Source: Bdellovibrionales bacterium
GTDB lineage: Bacteria; Myxococcota; XYA12-FULL-58-9; SYDY01
NCBI GenBank assembly: GCA_005801425.1
Contig: SYDY01000027.1
Coordinates: 8,444 to 72,443 of the forward strand
Direction of reading: 5' to 3'
Length of the DNA stretch: 64,000 bases
The translations under genes and the position numbers were made by a program. Below are positions 1 through 10,184 of this stretch, piece by piece (the stretch's first letter is position 1; each line of letters begins with the position of its first letter). Below the pieces are notes generated by a model. That model did no database searches, was not told the origin of the DNA, and worked only from the letters and a program-made list of their open reading frames with translations.

Positions 1-1
1 G

Positions 2-838
2 GCTGATACATCGCGTTTGCAGCAGGTCATGCGCGATGAGGCTCCGAGCATTGTGTTGCATGCGGCTGCACACAAGCATGTTCCGTTGATGGAAGCACAT
101 CCTGGCGAAGCGGTGAAAAACAATCTTTTGGGAACTCACAAATTGCTTTCGTGTTGTGAAGCGATGGGTGTTGAACGGTTTGTTTTGGTGTCCACCGATA
201 AAGCGGTGAATCCATCATCGGTGATGGGTGCAACGAAACGTGGTGCCGAACTTGTGATGCAAGCATTTGCAGGCCGAAGCCATATGAATGTATGCGCTGT
301 GCGTTTTGGCAATGTATTGGGTTCTGCCGGAAGTGTCGTTCCCATTTTCCAAGAACAAATTAAACGCGGTGGACCTGTGACCATCACCGATCCTGAGATG
401 ACACGATATTTCATGACAATCCCCGAAGCGTCACAGTTGATTTTACAAGCAGGTGTGCTGGGCTCGGGCGGCGAAATTTTTATTCTCGATATGGGTGAAC
501 CGGTTCGTATTATGGATCTCGCACGTGATCTCATCGAATTGTCGGGTTTTGTACTTGGGCGCGATATCGACATCAAATTTACGGGCCTACGGCCTGGCGA
601 AAAATTATTTGAAGAGCTTGCTCTTGATCATGAAGATCTTCATGCAACATCGCATCTTAAAATCATGATGGCGCGAAAAACGAAAATCAACGCCGATTTG
701 ATAGATGTTTCATTGGCTGATCTGGCATTTGCGGCATCCACGGGCGATCACGATGAAATTCGTCAAGCACTTGCTCGACTGGTGCCTGAATGCACATGGA
801 GCCGCGCTCGCGCGCGACATGTGATGCCTGCGGCGTAA
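2..838 (+). CDS. Polysaccharide biosynthesis protein, CapD/PglF/WbpM-type UDP-sugar 4,6-dehydratase (C-terminal part; 5' end lies outside the window)
   Basis: ORF 17..838 in a frame open from base 2. Motifs [19 protein letters not shown] and [11 protein letters not shown](A)GSV(V)P are typical of the Polysacc_synt_2 family. Confidence 0.8.
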   Translation, partial: ADTSRLQQVMRDEAPSIVLHAAAHKHVPLMEAHPGEAVKNNLLGTHKLLSCCEAMGVERFVLVSTDKAVNPSSVMGATKRGAELVMQAFAGRSHMNVCAVRFGNVLGSAGSVVPIFQEQIKRGGPVTITDPEMTRYFMTIPEASQLILQAGVLGSGGEIFILDMGEPVRIMDLARDLIELSGFVLGRDIDIKFTGLRPGEKLFEELALDHEDLHATSHLKIMMARKTKINADLIDVSLADLAFAASTGDHDEIRQALARLVPECTWSRARARHVMPAA

Positions 839-880
839 TACGGTGCTGTCGCATATTTTCGCACATTCTTATGGGTCGAA

Positions 881-1804
881 ATGGCTGGTATTGTCACACC
901 TGATATGTCAATCATAGAATTTCATTCAGCGCAGAGCTTGAGACCAACGGTATCACTGCGTGTTGCAGAGCCAATGTTCATTGCACAGTCATTGATGGAT
1001 ATATATCTGCCCTCGGAACTGCAGATAAATCTCAAAAAAATACCCCTTGTGTCTCCTGCAGATCATGGGTCGTTGTGCTGGAAATTTAAGATCAAATGGG
1101 CTGATTGTACCGATGAAAATAACGTGATTGTTTTTTTTAGCGTTAAAAAAGATGAGCAAGGAAATACAGACGCGATCAATTTTAATATCAATTTTTCACA
1201 TGGAAAATATGACCGTGGCAGTGTCATACGCGACATAGAATTTAATCATGACAATGATCTGGTTCGATTTTCTCGCGAACTTACGCTGATCCCTGAGGGC
1301 CAGCGTGGTCATGGATATGGAACGCGCCTCTTGCAGGGTGAAATACAATGGGTGCGAGTTTATAGTAAGAATTTGGATAGTTCTATTACGGGTTTCTCGA
1401 TGCGCATGCCCTCCGTTGATAAACCACCGGGGCAGTTTGCCTGGCGCAAATCATTTGATTTTAAAAATGAATCGTCAAAATGTAATATTCAACGCCATTA
1501 CCATAGATGGCTCACAGAAAATATGCCGGTATGGGAAGACGCTACCAAGTTGTCGGAAGCTTCACTTCGTGAAGCTTTGCCCAAAACGATAGAGCATCCA
1601 TGGACTTTGGATGGATGTGTATTACCCTGTCCATTCGATCAGTATGTGAGCACGTTGGCCCAAGGCGAGGGCTATCCTGGTAGGGACATTTTTGCATGGG
1701 CATTTTGGAATGCTGACGCTCGAAATGCTACTTCTGCTGAATACTTGGATTTGACGTGGTATGGCATTCGCTATGTCAATCAACCGTGGCATGGCCCATT
1801 ATAA
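881..1804 (+). CDS. Uncharacterised protein, paralog 1 of 4, with a central GNAT-like R-x-x-G-x-G motif
   Basis: 307-aa ORF. Shares motifs QRGHGYG...E(I/M)xWV, PPGQF(A/V)WRK, EHPWxLDxCxLP, EGYPGxxxxAWxFWNxD and GIRYVNxxWxGP with the next three ORFs. Begins MAGI like its paralogs. Local GC is ~43%. Confidence 0.6.
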   Translation: MAGIVTPDMSIIEFHSAQSLRPTVSLRVAEPMFIAQSLMDIYLPSELQINLKKIPLVSPADHGSLCWKFKIKWADCTDENNVIVFFSVKKDEQGNTDAINFNINFSHGKYDRGSVIRDIEFNHDNDLVRFSRELTLIPEGQRGHGYGTRLLQGEIQWVRVYSKNLDSSITGFSMRMPSVDKPPGQFAWRKSFDFKNESSKCNIQRHYHRWLTENMPVWEDATKLSEASLREALPKTIEHPWTLDGCVLPCPFDQYVSTLAQGEGYPGRDIFAWAFWNADARNATSAEYLDLTWYGIRYVNQPWHGPL

Positions 1805-1822
1805 AATAATGAGAGAAAGATC

Positions 1823-2710
1823 ATGGCCTCAATACAATTGAATGATTCGCACCATACGAAGCAAATAACGCTACTGCATTATGAAGAACCGGCTTCTTTG
1901 GCCCAGTCTTTGCTCGATATTTATTTGCCTCCGGGAAGCCGTGTGCAGCTTCCACATTTTGGAAGTGAAGGTGAAGAGCTGGATGGTCCAGCTCTTCATA
2001 TGTGGAATGAAAAATTCCAATGGCCGGGGGACAAGGAAAAAACGCGGGTTGATGTTAGCTTGCAAAGCGTCGAGACTGGATCGGCGCGATACCTGATTGT
2101 TGGGATCCAAGCCACGTCGCTTGATGGCGGTCTTTTTGACATTGTTCGGCATCTCGAATGCCGCTTGGATGGTTCACTTGATTTTCGTCGTGAAAGAACA
2201 CTTCTCCCGGAGAGCTTACGTGGCAATGGCTATGGTACGGGATTGATTGAACGGGAAATGACCTGGGTGAGGGAGCGGAGCAGGTATCCAGAAAGTACCA
2301 TTTCTATTCTGGCAACGCGTTTAGGAAATCCACCCGGACAATTTGTGTGGAGAAAATTTTTTGACTTTGCAAACGAGGATACCCAATCGTTTATTTCTGG
2401 AAAATACAGTGCTTGGGTCGACAGCAATGTTGCGAAATGGGCCTATGCAGCCAAGGTACCTGAAGCCGACTTACGCGAAATTCTACCTGCGACCATGGAG
2501 CATCCTTGGTCTTTGGATCAATGTGAGCTTCCACCCCTCTTGATGTCGCATTTCAAAAAGAAGGCAGAAAAGGAAGGCTATCGTGGCAATGCACTTGTTG
2601 CCTGGTATTTTTGGAATAGCGATGGCCTTTCAGGAGGTCATACGGATAGCAAGGGACTGGGCTGGGAAGGGATCCGGGTTGTGAACAAATCATGGCATGG
2701 TCCTCAATAG
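1823..2710 (+). CDS. Uncharacterised protein, paralog 2 of 4 (GNAT-like motif)
   Basis: 295-aa ORF with the same motif set ([46 protein letters not shown]). A GAGAGAAAG purine-rich stretch precedes the ATG. Confidence 0.6.
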   Translation: MASIQLNDSHHTKQITLLHYEEPASLAQSLLDIYLPPGSRVQLPHFGSEGEELDGPALHMWNEKFQWPGDKEKTRVDVSLQSVETGSARYLIVGIQATSLDGGLFDIVRHLECRLDGSLDFRRERTLLPESLRGNGYGTGLIEREMTWVRERSRYPESTISILATRLGNPPGQFVWRKFFDFANEDTQSFISGKYSAWVDSNVAKWAYAAKVPEADLREILPATMEHPWSLDQCELPPLLMSHFKKKAEKEGYRGNALVAWYFWNSDGLSGGHTDSKGLGWEGIRVVNKSWHGPQ

Positions 2711-2725
2711 AATGGATAAAATAAT

Positions 2726-3577
2726 ATGGCAGCAATCGATTTTCATCCTCAACAGGTGCTCAACATCGCGTATGGGCAAAACGTAAATCCAGTGACATTG
2801 GTCCACTCGTTGGTTGATCTCTATGTTCCGGCAGGGCAATCAGTGGCATTGCGTGCCGTGTCGCACCCGCCCCATATCTTGGGCGCCTGGAAATTTAGGA
2901 TGCAATGGCCCCATGACGATGTTGCATATGAATATAGCGCGGACTTGATACAAAATGATTCAACGTTTAATTTTTTTATTGAGGGACACGATTTTGATGT
3001 GATTAGAAAGATTGATTTTTGTTCGGGGGGTGAAATCAATTTTTACCGTGATATTACAGAATATCCTTCCGATCAGCGTGGCCATGGTTATGGTCGCGAA
3101 GCATTGTATCGAGAAATAGACTGGGTGCGTTCGCGAAGTACGCATCCAGACAGTCGGATATCAACCCATGCTGGCAATATAGGTACAAAACCATCGGGAC
3201 AATTTGTTTGGCGCACGATGTTTGAATTTGATGTTAAATCGTGTGCGAGAATTTCTGAGATATACACCGCTTGGAAAGAAACAAATATTAAAGCTTGGGC
3301 TATTGCAACAGGATGCAGTGAAAGCATTTTGCGACAATCTTTGCCTGCGACCATGGTGCAACCATGGTCGTTGGATGATTGTGTCCTGCCCGAAAATTTT
3401 TCGAAATATTTAAAGACACATGCCCAATCGGAAGGCTACCCGGGAAGAGCAACACTTGCTTGGGCGTTTTGGAATAGCGACTTACGCGATCAAGATCCCA
3501 AAGATAAAAAACTATTGAGCTGGGATGGTTGTCGCTATGTGAATCGACCGTGGAACGGTCCTGAATCGAAAGCATGA
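2726..3577 (+). CDS. Uncharacterised protein, paralog 3 of 4 (GNAT-like motif)
   Basis: 283-aa ORF with the same motif set ([43 protein letters not shown]). Confidence 0.6.
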   Translation: MAAIDFHPQQVLNIAYGQNVNPVTLVHSLVDLYVPAGQSVALRAVSHPPHILGAWKFRMQWPHDDVAYEYSADLIQNDSTFNFFIEGHDFDVIRKIDFCSGGEINFYRDITEYPSDQRGHGYGREALYREIDWVRSRSTHPDSRISTHAGNIGTKPSGQFVWRTMFEFDVKSCARISEIYTAWKETNIKAWAIATGCSESILRQSLPATMVQPWSLDDCVLPENFSKYLKTHAQSEGYPGRATLAWAFWNSDLRDQDPKDKKLLSWDGCRYVNRPWNGPESKA

Positions 3578-3623
3578 TTCTCCACTTTTTGTTATAGAAT
3601 GATGGAATATAAAGGATACATTG

Positions 3624-4484
3624 ATGGCAGCGATAGAATTACACCGGCGAAATCCTGTGAATATTATCGCATTGGCAGAATCGAAACCGACAGATTTTGC
3701 ACAATCGTTGCTAGACCTTTATTTGCCTGCAAGAACCCGTGTGGATCTGAGTGCATACGAATCGAAAGAAGCATTAAAGCAAACTCATCTGGGATGTTGG
3801 AATTTTACGTTTCAATGGCGCGATGGATCTCCAAGGCAAATGGGCAGTGTGGAAATCAAGTCGCTTGGAAACAAGATTACTTTTTCTGTTGAAGCCGAGG
3901 GCTTTGACATTCTCCGAGATATTTATCAGCTCTCAGATGGCTCAGTGGAGTTCCATATTGAGATGACGCAATATCCTCAAGAGGAGCGTGGTCAAGGCTA
4001 TGGCCAACAATTGCGGGTCAATGAAATACAATGGGTTTGTTTGCAGAGTAAACATCCCGATAGTGCCATTTACAGCCAATCAGTACGTTTTAAGTATGCA
4101 GAAGCGCCTCCAGGTCAATTTGTATGGCGAAAATCACTGGAGTTTGATGGAGGTGCGAAGCATAGAATCTCGGGATTTTATAAAAAGTGGGTGACAAGAA
4201 ATATGGAACGATGGTCGTATGCGACCCATATTTCAGAGCGTAAAATTCGCAGCATTTTACCCAAAGAAATGCAGCATCCATGGTCACTGGATGGATGTGT
4301 TCTTCCTGGTTCCTTGGGTAGGCATTTAAAGAAGATGGCAGAATTGGAAGGCTATCCTGGCAAAGACGTTCTTGCATGGGCGTTTTGGAACAGTGATGTT
4401 CGCAAAGGTGATCCACTTTGTGGCAAGGTGCTGGGTTGGTCAGGCATTCGATATGTCAATCGACCGTGGAACGGTCCTATTTAG
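3624..4484 (+). CDS. Uncharacterised protein, paralog 4 of 4 (GNAT-like motif)
   Basis: ORF 3621..4484. The ATG at 3624 is preceded by AAAGGA 7 nt upstream. Motifs [32 protein letters not shown] and [12 protein letters not shown]. Begins MAAIELH like paralog 3 (MAAIDFH). Confidence 0.6.
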   Translation: MAAIELHRRNPVNIIALAESKPTDFAQSLLDLYLPARTRVDLSAYESKEALKQTHLGCWNFTFQWRDGSPRQMGSVEIKSLGNKITFSVEAEGFDILRDIYQLSDGSVEFHIEMTQYPQEERGQGYGQQLRVNEIQWVCLQSKHPDSAIYSQSVRFKYAEAPPGQFVWRKSLEFDGGAKHRISGFYKKWVTRNMERWSYATHISERKIRSILPKEMQHPWSLDGCVLPGSLGRHLKKMAELEGYPGKDVLAWAFWNSDVRKGDPLCGKVLGWSGIRYVNRPWNGPI

Positions 4485-5995
4485 TACCGATATTGATCTG
4501 ACTTGAACGGTCCTGTTGGACTGATACCAATGTAATCGGCTTGGGCTGTGGTCAGTGTTGTGAGATGTGCACCAAAGCGATCGAGATGCAAACGTGCAAC
4601 CATTTCATCCAAGGCTTTTGGCAGTGTGGTGACTGTCTTACCATACTTTTCAGCATTGAGATGCAGATCAAGCTGGGCCAACACCTGATTGGTAAATGAC
4701 GTGGACATCACAAAACTTGGATGTCCTGTGGCACAACCAAGATTCACCAAACGACCTTCAGCCAATAGGATCACGCTGTGGCCGTCAGGAAAGCGCCATT
4801 CGTGCACTTGGGGTTTGATTTCAATTTTTTCAACTTCTTTTCGGCGTCGTAGTGCTTCAAGGCCAGCCATATCGATTTCGTTATCGAAATGTCCGATGTT
4901 GCATACAATCGCACCGTGGCGCATGCGTGCCATGTGATTGGCGGAAATGATATCAAAGTTGCCTGTGGCGGTGACGTAGATATCGAAATTTTGTTCAATG
5001 GCATCGTCGATGGTGATGACATCAAGACCTTGCATGCATGCTTGCAAGGCACAAATAGGGTCGATTTCCGCAATGGCGACACGCGCTGCTTGACCGCGCA
5101 AGGATTGCACGCAGCCTTTGCCCACATCACCGAAGCCTGCGACCAAAATGCGCTTGCCTGCGAGCATGACGTCGGTTGCACGCATGATGGCATCAACCAA
5201 TGAATGCCGGCAGCCATACAAATTATCGAATTTGCTCTTGGTCACCGAGTCGTTGACGTTGATGGCAGGAAAGAGCAACGTTTTGGCTTTTTGACGCTCA
5301 TACAAACGCAACACACCGGTGGTGGTTTCTTCGGACACACCACGAATGCTTTGAGCGTAGGGTTTCCAATAGCCTGGTGCAAGGGATTGCATGTCGCGAA
5401 GCAGTGTAAGGATGATGCCTTCTTCTTCGGAGCTTGCGCCATCGACATTAGGAACGCGTCCATCACGTTCGTGCTCAAAGCCTTGGTGGATCAACAAGGT
5501 GGCATCGCCACCATCGTCTACAAGCAACGTGGGCGATTGATTGCCAGGAAAACGAAGTGCCTGCAAAGTGCACCACCAATACTCGGCAAGTGTTTCACCT
5601 TTCCAAGCAAACACCGCGACACCTTTGGGATTCGTTGCTGTTCCCGTAGGGCCTGCAACCACGGCGGCGGCGGCGTGATCTTGGGTTGAGAAAATATTGC
5701 ATGAGCACCAGCGGACTTCTGCACCCAAATCCACAAGCGTTTCAATTAAAACCGCAGTTTGAATGGTCATGTGCAAAGAACCCATGATGCGTGCGCCACG
5801 CAGGGGATTTTTGCCTTTGTATTGTGCACGCAAAGCCATAAGGCCGGGCATCTCTTCTTCGGCAAGCTCAATTTCCTTGCGACCAAAACGAACGGCTTCA
5901 GGGGTCATGGTCGCAACGCGATACGGTGCATCTTCCATGAGAGATTCTTGGGTATCGAGAAATGTAAATTCTTGGACTTTTTTGGCTGCTAACAT
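4481..5995 (-). CDS. ahcY: Adenosylhomocysteinase (S-adenosyl-L-homocysteine hydrolase)
   Basis: ORF 4481..6133. The internal Met ([10 protein letters not shown]...) aligns with the AhcY N-terminus. An NAD-binding GFGDVGKG motif is present and homology runs along the full length. The upstream 46 codons are probably not translated. Confidence 0.9.
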   Translation of the reverse strand: MLAAKKVQEFTFLDTQESLMEDAPYRVATMTPEAVRFGRKEIELAEEEMPGLMALRAQYKGKNPLRGARIMGSLHMTIQTAVLIETLVDLGAEVRWCSCNIFSTQDHAAAAVVAGPTGTATNPKGVAVFAWKGETLAEYWWCTLQALRFPGNQSPTLLVDDGGDATLLIHQGFEHERDGRVPNVDGASSEEEGIILTLLRDMQSLAPGYWKPYAQSIRGVSEETTTGVLRLYERQKAKTLLFPAINVNDSVTKSKFDNLYGCRHSLVDAIMRATDVMLAGKRILVAGFGDVGKGCVQSLRGQAARVAIAEIDPICALQACMQGLDVITIDDAIEQNFDIYVTATGNFDIISANHMARMRHGAIVCNIGHFDNEIDMAGLEALRRRKEVEKIEIKPQVHEWRFPDGHSVILLAEGRLVNLGCATGHPSFVMSTSFTNQVLAQLDLHLNAEKYGKTVTTLPKALDEMVARLHLDRFGAHLTTLTTAQADYIGISPTGPFKSDQYRY

Positions 5996-6081
5996 TTTTT
6001 TGTCCTTGGCTGTACCCCCACCGCTCGCTTTGCGAGCAACTCCCCCTCGCTGACGCGAAGTGGAGTGCGTGAGGATGGAAA

Positions 6082-8739
6082 TTAAGCAATACGATCCAAT
6101 GCACGGGTCAGTTGTTGCATACGTTCGACACACGCCGCAATTTGTGCATTTTTTTCTGCAACGATCTCTTCGGGTGCACGGGCCACAAAATCGGCGTTAC
6201 TAAGCTGCTTGTCAATTTTTTCGTGGTCCTTTTGTACTTTGACCAATTCTTTGCGCAACCGATCGGATTCAGCGGCGAAATCCACAAGGCCTTCAAGAGG
6301 GACACGCACTTCCGCGTGAGGAAGCACTTCGGTGGCGGTGCGCTTGGGCAAACTGAGATCGGATGTCAGTGGATTGAGCGATGCTTTGCCCAAGGCTTCA
6401 ATGGCACTCTGATGTATTTTCAAGAGGGAAAATACGGCATCGTTGGTTTGTATGTAGGCGTTTACTTTATCTTTTGGGGATACTGTAAACTCCGCACGAA
6501 TGCGGCGAATAGCCGTAATCACGCTTTTGACGCATTCGATGTTTTCATACTCTTTGGTATTTTGCACAAGGCGCGGTTCAGGATAGCGCGCTTGCATCAC
6601 CGAGCCTTCGGTATTGGGAAGTGTTTGCCAGATCTCCTCGCTTAAAAACGGCATGACCGGATGCATCATGCGAGCAAGAGAATCAAAGATCTCAAGCAAG
6701 GTTTGTTGGACCAGCGATTTGTTGGCGCCGGAGGTTTCGCCATAGAGCGATGTTTTGGCAAGCTCTAAATACCAGTCGCAAAAGTCATCCCAAATGAATG
6801 CATACAGGGCCGAAGCGGCATCGTTAAATCGGTACGTCTCAAATGCGGCGCGCATGGCGACGATGGTGTGATCACGTTTCGATAAGATCCATTCGCGATA
6901 GGCAGCGGTTTCGGCATCCACCACACCATCATTTGCATCGGCGCGCTCTGCGGTGTTTTGCAATGAAAAACGAAATGCCTGCCAGATCTTGTTGCAAAAT
7001 TTGCTGTAACCCTCGGCACGGCTTTCATCCCAGCGTACGTCACGGCCTTGGCCTGCAAAGGCTATCATCGTGAAGCGAAATGCATCGCAACCGTATTTTT
7101 CGATCATCACCAAAGGATCGACCACGTTCCCTTTGGTTTTGGACATTTTTTCGCCCTTGGCATCGCGAATAAGCGCATGAATGTACACATCCGCAAAAGG
7201 CACATGGCCCATGAAGTGGATGCCAAACATCATCATGCGCGCAACCCAGAAAAAGATGATGTCAAAGCCTGTGGTGAGCACCGCGGTGGGGTACCAACGT
7301 TTGAGGTCCGGTGTTTTCGCAGGCCATCCCATGGTTGAAAATGCCCAAAGGGCCGAGCTGAACCAGGTATCGAGAATATCGGGATCGCGTGTGATGTTTG
7401 TGCTGCTGCAACCTGGGCATGCGGTAGGATCTTCGCGGGTAACAATTTCTTGCTGGCAATTCTGACAATACCACGCAGGAATTTGGTGGCCCCACCAAAG
7501 CTGACGCGAGACGCACCAATCTTTGATATTGCGGAGCCACGCATAATACGTATTTTCCCAGTGGGATGGCACAAATTTTGTGGTTCCGTTTTCGACGGCT
7601 GCAAGGGCAGGGCCTGCGAGGGCCCGTGCATTCACGTACCATTGTTTGGAGATCATGGGTTCTGCGATGGTATTGGAACGCTCGGATCGACCCACATTCA
7701 TCATGTGATCTTGGCTGCCACGATCAAGGCCCAATTCTGCGATGGCTTCTTTGACCGCAATGCGTGCTTTTTCTCGCGTAAGGCCTTCAAAGCGGCCTCC
7801 CACGGCATTGACTGTCGCATCGGGGTTGAACATATTGATCAAGGGCAAGTGGTGGCGTTTGGCCACCTCAAAGTCGTTGAAATCATGGGCAGGGGTTAGT
7901 TTGACAGCGCCTGTTCCAAATGCAGGATCGACCAAAATTGCATCGGCGATGATGGGAATTTCACGTCCGTTCAGCGGATGTGTCACCGTTTTTCCGATGA
8001 ATATTTTGTAACGTAAATCATCAGGATGCACAGCAATGCCGGTATCGGCCAGCATGGTTTCGGGTCTGGTGGTTGCAACGACGATTTCTTTGATATCATC
8101 GGTGGGGTTCGTGAGTGGGTATGCAAAGCTCCAGAGCTCACCTTTTACATTTTCTTCGTGCAATACTTCGAGGTCGGACAAGACCGTTTGGGCCACAGGG
8201 TCCCAATTGACAAGGCGTTCTGCGCGGTAGAGCAATCCTTCTTCGTACAAGCGCACAAACACTTCGCGTACTGCGGCCGAAAGACCTTCATCCATGGTGA
8301 AGCGCTGGCGCGACCAATCGCAACTGACACCCAGCGTACGCAACTGACCGATGATGTTGCTTTCGGCTTCGTTTTTAAATGCCCAAGCGCGCTTTAAAAA
8401 TTCTTCTCGGCCCAAATCAAATCGGTTGGTGCCTTCTTCGCGAAATTTTCGTTCAAGGACCCAGTGAACCGCGATGCTGGCATGATCGCATCCGGGGATC
8501 CAAACGACATTTTTACCAATCATACGATGGTAGCGCGCCATGGTATCTTGGAGCGTGTTGTTGAGCGCATGACCCATATGCAAGGAGCCCGTGACGTTGG
8601 GCGGGGGGATCACCATGCTGAACGATTCACCGGGTGCCTCGGGGTTGCCTTTGAAGAAACCTTGTGCTTCCCAGTGGTTGTAATAGCGTTTGCGTGCGGC
8701 CTCGGCGTCGTAATGCTTGGGTGTTTCGGCTGCGCTCAT
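6082..8739 (-). CDS. valS: Valine--tRNA ligase
   Basis: 895-aa ORF with the class I aaRS HMGH motif (SLHMGHALN) and a KMSKT-type motif ([13 protein letters not shown]). The start is probably the Met at 8739 ([11 protein letters not shown]...); the alternative is the ORF's first ATG at 8769. Confidence 0.9.
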   Translation of the reverse strand: MSAAETPKHYDAEAARKRYYNHWEAQGFFKGNPEAPGESFSMVIPPPNVTGSLHMGHALNNTLQDTMARYHRMIGKNVVWIPGCDHASIAVHWVLERKFREEGTNRFDLGREEFLKRAWAFKNEAESNIIGQLRTLGVSCDWSRQRFTMDEGLSAAVREVFVRLYEEGLLYRAERLVNWDPVAQTVLSDLEVLHEENVKGELWSFAYPLTNPTDDIKEIVVATTRPETMLADTGIAVHPDDLRYKIFIGKTVTHPLNGREIPIIADAILVDPAFGTGAVKLTPAHDFNDFEVAKRHHLPLINMFNPDATVNAVGGRFEGLTREKARIAVKEAIAELGLDRGSQDHMMNVGRSERSNTIAEPMISKQWYVNARALAGPALAAVENGTTKFVPSHWENTYYAWLRNIKDWCVSRQLWWGHQIPAWYCQNCQQEIVTREDPTACPGCSSTNITRDPDILDTWFSSALWAFSTMGWPAKTPDLKRWYPTAVLTTGFDIIFFWVARMMMFGIHFMGHVPFADVYIHALIRDAKGEKMSKTKGNVVDPLVMIEKYGCDAFRFTMIAFAGQGRDVRWDESRAEGYSKFCNKIWQAFRFSLQNTAERADANDGVVDAETAAYREWILSKRDHTIVAMRAAFETYRFNDAASALYAFIWDDFCDWYLELAKTSLYGETSGANKSLVQQTLLEIFDSLARMMHPVMPFLSEEIWQTLPNTEGSVMQARYPEPRLVQNTKEYENIECVKSVITAIRRIRAEFTVSPKDKVNAYIQTNDAVFSLLKIHQSAIEALGKASLNPLTSDLSLPKRTATEVLPHAEVRVPLEGLVDFAAESDRLRKELVKVQKDHEKIDKQLSNADFVARAPEEIVAEKNAQIAACVERMQQLTRALDRIA

Positions 8740-8909
8740 GGGTGCCATCTCCGTGATCTGGGAAGGCATCGCTTAACGCGCTCCAGAATGGACGTCAACT
8801 CGGTGGCGTGAGAGATTATCTCTCTATCCCCGCGAAGCCCAGACAGCCCTTTGGGCCTAACAGGAAGTAGAGAAACTTGCGACGCAACGATACCACTTAT
8901 TTTTCTTAT

Positions 8910-8985
8910 GTAGGGGCGCTTCGCGAAGCGCCCGTGCGGCCTTTGAATCAACGTTTTATCGGGCGGTTCACGAACCGCCCCTACA
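8910..8985. repeat. Composite palindromic REP/MITE-like element (GTAGGGGCG...CGCCCCTAC), valS-murB intergenic
   Basis: A GTAGGGGCGCTTCGCGAAGCGCCC unit, a ~30 nt spacer, then the inverted unit GGGCGGTTCACGAACCGCCCCTAC. Member of a family seen at eight or more sites in this window. Confidence 0.85.
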
Positions 8986-9133
8986 AGAGAACACCTGCTC
9001 AATTCAAGTTTCTTAGGGAGGCGGGGATCCAGGTGCAGAACATCGGGGTTTCTGAAGGGATTACTAACTTGATGCGAGGCTGGGTCCCCGCCTTCGCGGG
9101 GATGACGTCTTCATTGATTCCGGTATTTTAAAT

Positions 9134-10174
9134 ATGGAAACTTTAGCGAAATACACAACTTTAGGGATCGGCGGGCCTTGTGCGCATATTGCCGTTGCTG
9201 GCGATAGTGAGGCTCTTTGTGCAGCACTTCGAAATGCCCCCGATGCGCTGATTTTGGGTGGCGGAAGCAATGTGGTGATCGCCGATGAAGGCTTTTCTGG
9301 CACGATCATTCGCCTCACCAACAAAACCATTGTTGTGCGCGATGAGGGATCGCATGTGCGTGTGATCGCTGATGCAGGCGTCGTGTGGGATTTTCTTGTG
9401 GCACAAACATGCCAGGCGGGATTGGCGGAGCTTGCATGCCTCTCTGGGATCCCAGGAAGTGTCGGCGCGGCGCCTGTACAAAACATAGGTGCTTATGGCA
9501 GCGAACTCGCCCAAACGCTTGATTGTGTGCATGCGATCTCGCGTGAAACCTTGCAACCCGTGAGGCTGAGCCGTGAAGCATGCGATTTTCATTATCGTCA
9601 TAGCATTTTCAAAGGCAAAGCCCGTGATCGGTTTGTGATCACGGGAATTGAATTGTGCTTAAGCAAAAAAGAACAGCCGCATATCGAACATGGTGAACTT
9701 GCGCAGGAATTGGCGTTGATTAAAGAAAAACCCGATGCAATGCGCATACGTGAAACGGTGATTGCCATTCGTCGGCGCAAATCCATGGTACTTGATGCAA
9801 ACGATGTGAACAGCCGAAGCGTGGGATCGTTTTTCATGAATCCCATCGTAGATAAGGCTACCGCGGATCATGTTGAAGAAATCATGCAGCCTATGGGCGA
9901 GCGTTGTCCTCGATTTGTGCAGGATGATGGCCGTGTGAAACTTTCCGCAGCGCGATTGCTTGAAGCCTCTGGCATCATACGTGGTTTGCAAGAGGGAGGG
10001 GCGCGTATTTCTCAGCATCATGTGCTTGCGATCACCAATATGGGGAATGCCACTGCGCGTGATGTGGTGGCGCTTGCACAGCGTATGCGCAATGCCGTTC
10101 GCGATACGTTGGGTGTGGTGCTTGTGCCCGAGCCTGTGTTTGTGGGCTTTCCTGAAGCCATGCCTCTCTGTTAG
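9134..10174 (+). CDS. murB: UDP-N-acetylenolpyruvoylglucosamine reductase
   Basis: 346-aa ORF. An FAD-binding PCMH-type N-terminus (LGIGGPCAHIAVA...GGGSNVV) and a MurB C-terminal domain. Confidence 0.9.
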   Translation: METLAKYTTLGIGGPCAHIAVAGDSEALCAALRNAPDALILGGGSNVVIADEGFSGTIIRLTNKTIVVRDEGSHVRVIADAGVVWDFLVAQTCQAGLAELACLSGIPGSVGAAPVQNIGAYGSELAQTLDCVHAISRETLQPVRLSREACDFHYRHSIFKGKARDRFVITGIELCLSKKEQPHIEHGELAQELALIKEKPDAMRIRETVIAIRRRKSMVLDANDVNSRSVGSFFMNPIVDKATADHVEEIMQPMGERCPRFVQDDGRVKLSAARLLEASGIIRGLQEGGARISQHHVLAITNMGNATARDVVALAQRMRNAVRDTLGVVLVPEPVFVGFPEAMPLC

Positions 10175-10184
10175 CTATCTGCAT

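Noticed and set aside
5204-5689. Antisense ORFs within ahcY, with similar cases inside valS, polA, kdpB and mrdA
   Set aside because: Long spurious antisense frames are typical in GC-rich coding regions. They have no independent support.
9084-9100. Hairpin CCCCGCCTTCGCGGGG upstream of murB (similar motif near 55448), considered as a terminator
   Set aside because: It has a GC stem but no following T-run. It may be a small repeat or structural element, but the evidence for terminator function is weak.
9960-10184. N-terminal 75 codons of ORF 9960..11045, overlapping murB
   Set aside because: BKACE homology begins at the internal ATG at 10185, just after the murB stop. The upstream extension is an open frame across the murB 3' end.
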